In this document: positions 11,301-17,042 of the stretch, piece after piece
How positions within the stretch are numbered: position 1 is the first letter of the stretch
How the letters are laid out: each line of letters starts with the position of its first letter
Assembly (NCBI GenBank): GCA_003343885.1
Contig: QAKH01000059.1
Coordinates: 8,416-72,415 of the forward strand
DNA length: 64,000 bases
Source of the DNA: Clostridiales bacterium
GTDB lineage: Bacteria > Bacillota > Clostridia > Oscillospirales > CAG-382
Direction: 5' to 3'
Program-made: the position numbers and the translations under genes
Notes under the pieces: model-generated
What the model saw: the letters and a program-made list of their open reading frames with translations, nothing else
Told to the model about the DNA's origin: nothing
Databases searched by the model: none

Positions 11301-13047
11301 CAAAGGCGTATTTGTCAAAAATACCTTTTCCGCAGAATATGGCTTCTGAAAAGACAGATTGATACAGATCGAATCTCGCAAAGGAATACGTTTCCATTCC
11401 TCCGCAGCCGCAAAGTATTCTCGAAAAAGGTGTTTTTGCAGCGGCGGAAAGCTCCGGCGCAACACGGGGCTGCATTATTCCGTATCCTGATGTGACAATG
11501 TGCCTTTTTTCATCTATAACCGGACGGTTGAGAGGGTGAAGCATGGTGCATGCCATTTCTTTTACCGAATCTGACGACAGATTGGTGTCAGCGTCAAGCG
11601 TTATTACGTAGCGTATACGGTTGCACAGCGAACGGGGCATACTCGATTCATTTTGTATAAAGCAGTCCTCTTTGCCGCACAAAAAACTGACAAGCTGTGT
11701 AACAGCTCCTCGTTTGCGTTCATATCCCATAAATGCGTTTTGCGTTTTTGAGTATTTTCTGGGGCGGATAAACAGAAAAAAGTGATTTCCGTACTTTTGG
11801 TTCAGCGCGTTAATTCGAAGAGAGGCGTTTTCAAGTATCTCTCTGTCAGAAGGATTGTCCGCGTGAGGACTGTCTGAGTAGTCTCCGAGAACAGAAAAAT
11901 AAACATTGTCCATGCCGTTTGAGAGATATAGTTTTTCAAGCCTTGAAAATATCTCTCCGTCAGCTTTTTCCCCGAATAATAAAGTGGTTATGGTAACGAG
12001 AACTCCGTCAGCATCGGGCAGTCTGTCAAGATCAAGCCGCGGAAGCGCCGGAGTCTTTACAAACGCCGAAAACAGACGGTCGCAAAGCTGTTTTGCAGCT
12101 TCCCATACCGGAAAAATAATCAGAGTAAATATCGGTGAATAAAGACAAAGCGGCAGACAAACCGCTGTAATAAGTGAATAAAGCAAAACAAAATATGCCG
12201 CTTTGACCGCCTTGCCGGGAGCCGGATACAGATATGCTCCTATATGTCTGAACCTGCTTCCTTCAGCGGCGGACCGTGCCTTGTCAAGCAGCATTTTTGC
12301 GTAGTCTGATTCCTTAATGCCGCTTTTTTTAGATAAATAAGCTATTCTTGAGCGATAGTAGTCTTTGGTTTCTTTTGTCATAACCGGATAAAAACCGGCA
12401 GGATCCTGGCGAAGATATTCTTCTGTCAGACAGTTTTCAAAGCTTTTGTCAAATTGATGAACAGCAAGATATTTGAGAGACACAACACAGCGGGCAAGCT
12501 CATGAGCATATTCACCCTGAGAGGAAGAAAACGGGTTTGACAGTATTTCCGAACAGGTTTCTGCAACTTTGGAAAGAACCGCCGCAGTAAAAAGTAGCTG
12601 CATGCTGTAATAATCGGCAAATTCCGGACGGCTGGCAGCTGTTCTCTCGTCGCTGGCAGAGATGAAAGCCTTGACGCAGGAATTGTCAAGTGCTGTATCA
12701 ATCATAGAAAAGTATTCTTTAAAAGCATTGTAAAACCTTGGAGTCTTTGTACCGGACAAATGAACGGAAGCCTGAAGGCGGCAGTGATTTTTAAGGCTGT
12801 GCAGGACTTCGTTGGCTTTTTCTTCAAAAATATAATAGTTGTCGGCAATCCACTCAAGATGTGATGGCAGAGTTTTTCCTTGCTTTTCAGTAATTTTTGA
12901 AGCCTTGTAAGCACGGAAAATCACGGATATATCAAGCTTCACGCTCTTTTTCAGGCTTGATGCGTCAATACATCCGTCAGGCGGATTATTTGATAAAGCC
13001 GCCTTTGCCAAAGATTTGTATTTGTTGTTTGCCGAAGCGTCTGACAT
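5302..13047 (-). CDS. Cyclic beta-1,2-glucan synthase-like giant protein (GT domain + TM region + TSPTNIG-type middle domain + GH94-like phosphorylase domain)
   Basis: This is a single 2581-aa ORF. The GT region contains VITLDADTNL and RHHRWVRGD (aa ~345-650). Hydrophobic segments lie at aa ~285-315 and ~685-845. The middle domain contains HRTSPTNIGLYL. The C-terminus carries GGAYGFRDQLQD, GSGDWCDGLN and ENGGQYTHGAVW, as in GH94 enzymes. Confidence 0.8.
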   Translation of the reverse strand: MSDASANNKYKSLAKAALSNNPPDGCIDASSLKKSVKLDISVIFRAYKASKITEKQGKTLPSHLEWIADNYYIFEEKANEVLHSLKNHCRLQASVHLSGTKTPRFYNAFKEYFSMIDTALDNSCVKAFISASDERTAASRPEFADYYSMQLLFTAAVLSKVAETCSEILSNPFSSSQGEYAHELARCVVSLKYLAVHQFDKSFENCLTEEYLRQDPAGFYPVMTKETKDYYRSRIAYLSKKSGIKESDYAKMLLDKARSAAEGSRFRHIGAYLYPAPGKAVKAAYFVLLYSLITAVCLPLCLYSPIFTLIIFPVWEAAKQLCDRLFSAFVKTPALPRLDLDRLPDADGVLVTITTLLFGEKADGEIFSRLEKLYLSNGMDNVYFSVLGDYSDSPHADNPSDREILENASLRINALNQKYGNHFFLFIRPRKYSKTQNAFMGYERKRGAVTQLVSFLCGKEDCFIQNESSMPRSLCNRIRYVITLDADTNLSSDSVKEMACTMLHPLNRPVIDEKRHIVTSGYGIMQPRVAPELSAAAKTPFSRILCGCGGMETYSFARFDLYQSVFSEAIFCGKGIFDKYAFENVINCKETEFPNDSVLSHDILEGSRLRAALISDLEVTDGFPKNALSYFKRHHRWVRGDIQNLAFILGNFTNASKKKVKNNISPLSKYKLFDNVRREITPIFSFACLLAASFTPQGLRSVLIFFSLIPYVLPLIFDTWELVRTLGFQCAARRFFSKGVTGGIWQSLSRAFISVATLPKNAFVTLDAILRSLWRMLVSKKRLLEWVTAAQSDAASDAGLLYYVQKNLITAALGVCIFIFSPDGFLKLIGLTWFFTPAILYFLSGENTAKDNVSAKDRTAVSKLKKYAGDMWRYFENTVGPDDSFLPIDNLQLFPCDIYAHRTSPTNIGLYLVCALCARDFGFIDSENLYARLDNTLTSIEKMKKWKGHLYNWYDTCSLSLLEPKYISSVDSGNFLACLIVLKEGVKQYIHEKTEFISVCRRIENLFEETDLSAIYNKNTDRFLIGVPVDENGNAIVSGGNDYDMLMSEARTLSYIALAKREVPKKHWAKLSRPLVKKADRIGVASWTGTAFEYFMPALFLPTVKGSLMYEALRFAFYCQRQRYALTDKGYKVWGISESGYFAFDSDMNYRYRAFGIPELGLKRGLENDLVISPYSSFLALCLNHTLPLANLKKLSMSGLYGKYGFYEACDFTPGRSAGAGAPVKSYMSHHVGMSFIACANACFDNITVKRFMNDARMRSAHEFLEEKIPVDAVVRKIRKTGEQHGKPCRFPEKKYISMGAQKGEDPFCRVISDGFAGVMGSSLGSVKMYFGNKIINACDKKYENVKKGFFTFFKYDNLIYSPSVLPFESNAGKYSFEYSGGAFSHVFENDSIKAKTSYSLMADNSSVSVNFTARRKNNPGIRNSTLKTAFCFEPVMMNEAAFASHPAFNSLFIVSRYDKSAKALIFEKRVRDEDTEKPVFLAVGFENKNAGMEFCTKKQDLFRTPFSVSDYNTVFESELDNKTGACVSPFCLIRTELAFSREMRCSCRLFLCVSQSEKEATEKLENARAANKSENIEKAENLETLLLMGSGLFTERNAAAIVSEICSKIMFPEKYLPESESQTSNAERSSKGCLWESGISGDLPLITVEIPSAKAAKRAEIFIKAFVLLKKKKISFDMALLYKDSEKYRRPCENAVLSILEKCGASEYLKKHGGGIFVVDRNNLSDNAKALLAYSYGIFDAADTTRNVYNNQFIENNNQKNNVNADIIVKPNISETTHASESHKDLYSGNGYFEPNSSYVVLKDKPFAVVQSMVLSGRMLSTVITQNSFGYTFGTNSVLKRISPFENDPTDDMSGERIFLVSGEKMFDLAAVSEKVIYGRGFAEYHGTCDGIKYSVRVYIPEKLPVKIFDIDTGGKEASFTFALKPVMGEKNEENRLCKLYEREERAEFINEYSEYFSNYTGFLKGIGKDVSYEFPESGLFAGHVLCKMSSGRQRYARFILGCYKSGTADLNNIFDYISKNISADCNNLLISAENFAGHVVPKISVKSDASSDVGKSLCHLFNFWLPYQNGICRMRARSGFYQSGGAYGFRDQLQDALTLMYADAAEAKTHIIRSAAHQFEDGSALHWWHQCVPCGNAESTATQKVFHRGIRSECSDDYLFLVYAVCEYIKFTGDNGLADIMVKYVTSEPLENGESEKYVSAYKTDFSESIFMHCVRALERAYLRTGAKGLALLGSGDWCDGLNKAGSGMRGESVWLSMFLKFVTDMFCDVFSGDEKKSEYCDKFSQKSAKLAENIKKHAYDQSAGYFLRAWYDDGTPIGSQASDECNIELISQAFSVFAGLPPAMSFSAIRNAYEKLYDSDAKIFKLLSPPFSACAKNPGYIKGYAPGIRENGGQYTHGAVWGCMAMIISSCNVLKDSPNDSNARKMLSDGVHALINLLPAYRCIDRQAFEIYKCEPYVLCGDIYAGDNPGRGGWSWYTGSASWLWRAVLNCLFGITLTGTLGKAGTTMDITFMPSAFRAPFIIGSHFEISLEFPERNLHLTVNYNKTGTERLLLDGTEQASHRIELSSGKHVVDVEGI

Positions 13048-13305
13048 ACTTATTGACCATGCCTTTCTTTTTCGGATAATATCCGGCTTTGAGATAAATT
13101 TACAAAACTGGTTTTAGGTAGTATTTGCATGGAACATAAGTAATATGCAAAATATTCAAAAGCTCATAATATTACCGTCATTTTTGTGCTTTACGATTTC
13201 TGTGTATGTATATATGTATATTAGTATTGCGGACGTGTATTAGTATATATTAGATAAATGGCAGCAGTAAAAAATTGTTGGCAGCAATGAATACAGATAA
13301 CGGCA

Positions 13306-13995
13306 TTGAGCCTGAAAGGACGGGTAGATTTGATTAACAGCGAGGAGTATTTAAAAGGATTACCTTTTTGGAACAATCTTTCCGACAGCGAAAGAAAACA
13401 GCTTTGTGCGTCGGCGGTAATAAAAAGCTATGATAAAGGGCAGGAAATACACGGCTCGGGAAATGACTGCCTCGGCATGATCTATATTATATCCGGAGAA
13501 ATACGAATTTATATATTATCGGAAGAGGGAAGAGAGATAACGCTTTTTCGCCTTGAAAACGGTGAAGTGTGCGTATTATCGGCGTCATGCGTTCTGTCGC
13601 AGCTGACATTTGAAACACAAATCTGCGCCGAAAAGGAAACGGAGCTTCTCATTGTCAACTCGTCTGTTTTGTCGTCGCTTGCAGAAAAAAATATATATGT
13701 GCGCTGCTATATGTATGAGCTTATCGCCGAGCGGTTTTCGTCGGTTATGTGGATAATGCAGCAAATCCTGTTTTTGGGCTTTGACAGACGTTTGGCAAAT
13801 TTCTTAGTGAGAGAGTGCGCTAAAAACGGTAGAAACGAAATAAACATGACGCATGAACAGATAGCAAAGGACTTGGGCTCTGCAAGAGAAGTCGTGGCTC
13901 GTATGTTAAAAAGATTTTCCGCCGAAGGCTTGGTGGAAATTCGCCGAGGTTCAATTATCGTAAAGGATATAGATGCCCTTGAAAGCCTAGCATAA
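13306..13995 (+). CDS. Crp/Fnr-family transcriptional regulator
   Basis: A cNMP-binding-like N-terminus is followed by a C-terminal HTH (MTHEQIAKDLGSAREVVARMLKRFSAEGLV). The true start may be TTG 13330, which has AAAGGA 9 nt upstream. Confidence 0.85.
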   Translation: MSLKGRVDLINSEEYLKGLPFWNNLSDSERKQLCASAVIKSYDKGQEIHGSGNDCLGMIYIISGEIRIYILSEEGREITLFRLENGEVCVLSASCVLSQLTFETQICAEKETELLIVNSSVLSSLAEKNIYVRCYMYELIAERFSSVMWIMQQILFLGFDRRLANFLVRECAKNGRNEINMTHEQIAKDLGSAREVVARMLKRFSAEGLVEIRRGSIIVKDIDALESLA

Positions 13996-14056
13996 CTTGT
14001 AACTTTCAACGATTCACAGGTTAGAAGAATATAAAATTCAAAAGTATAACAAGAAG

Positions 14057-14491
14057 ATGGTTCAGCTTTTTTTTGATGACGATGGGCTTTTTTCGAGAGT
14101 AAATACTGTAAGAAAATACGGAAATCCGGAGCTTATAAAGGACGCAGTATATTACGACGGCTTGTGCAGTACCGATTACTGTACCTGCGACGTGTTTAAA
14201 ACCGACGACGGTATAATACATATGATTTATATGGGAAAAACGCCGGACGGAATAATGTGCTGTTTTATGGCGTGCAGTACGGACGGTATACACTTTTCGC
14301 CGGAGAACGTTGCAGATAAAACAAACGTTGAAAACAGAGTGCCTCCGCATGAACTGATTGCTTTGAATAACAGCGAAATCGCGGGTGTAATTGAGGACAA
14401 AACCGCCTATAAGAGCGAAAGATATAAAATGTTTATAAGCTCCTACAACGGAGAAAGCCTTTCGGTGCCGGACGGCGAGCACATTTTCTGA
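14057..14491 (+). CDS. Hypothetical 144-aa protein (possible remnant of a larger beta-propeller-type protein)
   Basis: The ORF has ordinary composition, a weak SD and a hairpin terminator after it. DGIIHM and STDGIHFSPEN are reminiscent of glycosidase-like propeller blades, but the protein is too short for a full fold. Confidence 0.3.
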   Translation: MVQLFFDDDGLFSRVNTVRKYGNPELIKDAVYYDGLCSTDYCTCDVFKTDDGIIHMIYMGKTPDGIMCCFMACSTDGIHFSPENVADKTNVENRVPPHELIALNNSEIAGVIEDKTAYKSERYKMFISSYNGESLSVPDGEHIF

Positions 14492-14511
14492 GAGCTTTAC
14501 GGCAGAATTTT

Positions 14512-14548
14512 ACGGTACACAAATCAGCGGCATGTGTACCGTTTTTTA
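14512..14548 (+). terminator. Intrinsic terminator
   Basis: A 10-bp stem acggtacaca (14512-14521) pairs with tgtgtaccgt (14533-14542), followed by a T-run. Confidence 0.8.
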
Positions 14549-14564
14549 CAAAAAATAACACAAA

Positions 14565-14606
14565 TGTGACTTTGTCACGGTACAGTAGAATAAAATGTAG
14601 TATAAT
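14565..14606 (+). promoter_or_regulatory. Palindrome GTGAC-TTT-GTCAC plus TATAAT box: candidate activator-dependent promoter of the redox operon
   Basis: A perfect dyad spans 14566-14578 (centre 14572). TATAAT lies at 14601-14606, and no good -35 sits at 17-bp spacing. The dyad centre is about 41 bp upstream of the predicted +1. Confidence 0.4.
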
Positions 14607-14637
14607 GAGCACACAAACAAGAAACGGAGGCGAGAAT

Positions 14638-15333
14638 TTGCAGTATTTTATAACCTTTCTCGAGGGACTTATTTCATTTATTTCTCCTTGTATTCTGCCA
14701 ATGCTGCCGATTTATCTTTCATATTTTGCCGGAACGGCTTCTGAAAACGTAAATACGGGCACTGGTGAAACCGCAAAAAGCGGAAAAAATGACGGAGTTC
14801 TTGTCAGAGCCCTTGCGTTTGCCGTCGGTTTTACGGTAGTTTTCTCTTTACTTGGACTATTTGCCGGCACGCTCGGAGTATTGCTTAATAAGTACCGGAC
14901 GGCGGTGAACATAGTCAGCGGAGCGATTGTTGTCCTGCTTGGATTAAGCTTTATGGAAGTAATCAGAATACCGTTTTTTAACGGAGCCGGAAAGGCGAGA
15001 AAGATTACAGGAATTTTTTCGGCATTTCTCTTCGGAGTGGTTTTCTCGATAAGCCTTACGCCCTGCGTCGGAGCGTTTTTAGGTTCAGCGCTGATGCTTG
15101 CCTCAAGCTCGGGCGGAGCGCTCATGGGAATGCTGCTGCTGCTTTCCTATTCCCTCGGCATGGGAATCCCGTTTGTTCTGTCGGCGGTGCTTATAGATAA
15201 GCTTTCAGTGCTTTTCTCGGCAATAAAAAAGCATTATCGGGTTATAAACATCGTTTGCGGAGTGTTTTTGATAATAGTGGGTATTGCAATGATGTTCGGC
15301 GTGCTGAACGGAATATTAGTACTGTTTTCATGA
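14638..15333 (+). CDS. ccdA: Cytochrome c biogenesis-type thiol:disulfide electron transporter CcdA
   Basis: The protein has the motifs FISPCILPMLPIYLSYF and SLTPCVGAFLG in a polytopic body. I chose the TTG start at 14638, 7 nt after GGAGG. The upstream part of the ORF overlaps the promoter and palindrome. Confidence 0.88.
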   Translation: MQYFITFLEGLISFISPCILPMLPIYLSYFAGTASENVNTGTGETAKSGKNDGVLVRALAFAVGFTVVFSLLGLFAGTLGVLLNKYRTAVNIVSGAIVVLLGLSFMEVIRIPFFNGAGKARKITGIFSAFLFGVVFSISLTPCVGAFLGSALMLASSSGGALMGMLLLLSYSLGMGIPFVLSAVLIDKLSVLFSAIKKHYRVINIVCGVFLIIVGIAMMFGVLNGILVLFS

Positions 15334-15394
15334 TGTGTGAACGCTGAATATGCGGTAAAGCGGCGGTGAAATAAACGGCAAAAAGCCGTAAAAA

Positions 15395-16045
15395 ATGCAG
15401 ACTGAAAGGATAGTGACGAATTTGAAAGTAAAAAATATTATCATACTGGCGGTTGTTTTTGTAATTGTCATAGTTGCGGCAGTGTTTGGATATAATTATC
15501 TGTCAGAAAGATACCTGCCCGACAGCGTGCCGTTTGATAATCCTGCGGCAGGGGACATTCAGCAGGAACAGGAGCAAGATGACGCAGAAACGCCGGACAG
15601 TACTGAGAACAATACGTCGGATGAATATGCGGCACCGGATTTTACGGTATACGACGAATCCGGAAACGCAGTGAAACTGTCGGACTTTGAAGGAGATCCG
15701 GTTGTGATCAATTTCTGGGCAAGCTGGTGCGGACCGTGTAAGTCGGAACTCCCGGCTTTCGATAAACTTTCAGCTGAGTACGGTGAAGACGTGAAGTTCA
15801 TGATGGTTAACCTTACCGATGGCGTGCGTGAAACGGTAGACGGAGTAAAGGAGTTTGCCAAAGAAAACGGATATTCTTTCGAAGTGCTTTATGATACCGA
15901 CTATGAGGCGGCTTACGCATACGGAGTGTATTCAATTCCCATGACAGTGTTTGTTGACGAAAGCGGAAACATTTATACAGGCTATATAGGAGCAATAAAC
16001 GAAACAACTTTAGAAGAAGTCATAACTGAATTGATAGGAGAGTGA
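15395..16045 (+). CDS. Membrane-anchored TlpA/ResA/StoA-like thiol-disulfide oxidoreductase
   Basis: An N-terminal TM helix (IIILAVVFVIVIVAAVFGY) precedes a thioredoxin fold with WASWCGPCKSELP. The start is uncertain (ATG 15395 or TTG 15422). Confidence 0.85.
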   Translation: MQTERIVTNLKVKNIIILAVVFVIVIVAAVFGYNYLSERYLPDSVPFDNPAAGDIQQEQEQDDAETPDSTENNTSDEYAAPDFTVYDESGNAVKLSDFEGDPVVINFWASWCGPCKSELPAFDKLSAEYGEDVKFMMVNLTDGVRETVDGVKEFAKENGYSFEVLYDTDYEAAYAYGVYSIPMTVFVDESGNIYTGYIGAINETTLEEVITELIGE

Positions 16046-16051
16046 TTATTC

Positions 16052-16249
16052 ATGGCGATTACGCTGAATCCCGACAAAGAAGTGGTAAAAACAGTAAAAG
16101 AAGGGCTTAAGGCTACCGGTGGATATTGTCCCTGCAGAACTAAAAGAACAGAAGAGTATAAATGCATGTGCAAGGAATTCAGGGATCAGATAGCCGATCC
16201 GAATTTTGAAGGATATTGCCACTGCATGCTGTATTACAAGTCAAAATAA
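16052..16249 (+). CDS. Ferredoxin:thioredoxin reductase catalytic-subunit-like mini protein
   Basis: The 65-aa protein has three CxC motifs: CPC (26/28), CMC (38/40) and CHC (56/58). AGGAGAG lies 9 nt upstream, inside the end of the previous gene. Confidence 0.7.
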   Translation: MAITLNPDKEVVKTVKEGLKATGGYCPCRTKRTEEYKCMCKEFRDQIADPNFEGYCHCMLYYKSK

Positions 16250-16321
16250 AGACAAGCAAAATATTAAAAGACAAACCAAAATATAATAGATCAAAATATA
16301 GTCGTAAAGGAGAGATTAAAA

Positions 16322-16633
16322 ATGGCAGAAGTTAAAATTACAAAGAGCAATTTCAAACAAGAGGTATTAGGTTCAAATATCCCGGTACTCGTAGATTTTT
16401 GGGCAACATGGTGCGGACCGTGCAGAATGCTTTCACCGGTTATTGAAGAAATAGCCGAGGAGAATGACGGCGTCGTAAAAGTAGGAAAAGTAAACGTAGA
16501 CGAAGAGCCTGAGCTTGCAGCTGAATTCGGAATAGCAAGCATACCGACCGTTTTGCTCTTCAAAAACGGTAAAGTGGTTAGTTCTTCCGTAGGCTTCAGA
16601 CCTAAAGCTCAGATTGAGGCAATGTTCAAATAA
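16322..16633 (+). CDS. trxA: Thioredoxin
   Basis: The 103-aa protein has VLVDFWATWCGPCRMLSP and a good SD (AAGGAGAG). Confidence 0.95.
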   Translation: MAEVKITKSNFKQEVLGSNIPVLVDFWATWCGPCRMLSPVIEEIAEENDGVVKVGKVNVDEEPELAAEFGIASIPTVLLFKNGKVVSSSVGFRPKAQIEAMFK

Positions 16634-16657
16634 TTCAAGTAATAAATAAAGCTTACG

Positions 16658-17038
16658 ATGGTATACAAGGAAGGTATACAAGAAAGTTTAAGGCAAAGGA
16701 AGTTGATTACCTTGGGAATTTTCGGATTGTTTTCAAAGCCCGTAACCGACAAGGGCGTGTCGGATTATAAAAACACACCAAACGCCGTACTGCTTGACGT
16801 AAGAACGCCGGAGGAATACGCACAAGGGCATATTCCTGACAGTATAAATATACCGCTTTCTCAGATAAATGACGACGTACCTTGTGCCATAAAAGACAAA
16901 AATACACCGTTATTTGTATACTGCAGAAGCGGAGCAAGAAGTTCACAGGCAGTGTCACAACTTAAGAGAATGGGGTATATAAGCGTAGTAAATATCGGAG
17001 GTATACTTGATTATACCGGAGAAATTGAAAGAGGTTGA
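16658..17038 (+). CDS. Single-domain rhodanese (sulfurtransferase)
   Basis: The protein has LLDVRTPEEYAQGHIP and the active-site loop YCRSGARS. The start is uncertain, and an internal TTG downstream of AAGGAAG is possible. Confidence 0.85.
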   Translation: MVYKEGIQESLRQRKLITLGIFGLFSKPVTDKGVSDYKNTPNAVLLDVRTPEEYAQGHIPDSINIPLSQINDDVPCAIKDKNTPLFVYCRSGARSSQAVSQLKRMGYISVVNIGGILDYTGEIERG

Positions 17039-17042
17039 GAAA

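Noticed and set aside
5411-12914. About 30 ORFs of 60-130 aa on the plus strand or in other minus-strand frames inside the 7.7-kb Cgs-like gene.
   Set aside because: All lie within one long, motif-rich ORF. Their composition is typical of antisense or out-of-frame shadows (Arg/Ser/Phe/Cys-rich), with no SD sequences and no recognisable motifs.
13145-13243. A 32-aa hydrophobic mini-ORF (MQNIQKLIILPSFLCFTISVYVYMYISIADVY) in the cgs/crp intergenic region.
   Set aside because: It has no SD sequence and lies in AT-rich promoter DNA, where such ORFs arise by chance.
14021-14482. A 153-aa minus-strand ORF almost exactly overlapping the plus-strand ORF at 14057-14491.
   Set aside because: It is Arg/Val/Phe/His-rich with low-complexity runs typical of an antisense frame. 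The plus-strand frame has more protein-like composition and a downstream terminator. Neither is strongly supported.
14566-14637. The upstream extension of the ccdA ORF, starting at GTG 14566 as given in the ORF track.
   Set aside because: This GTG is the left arm of the promoter-region palindrome and lies upstream of the TATAAT box. TTG 14638, preceded by GGAGG, gives a CcdA-typical N-terminus.
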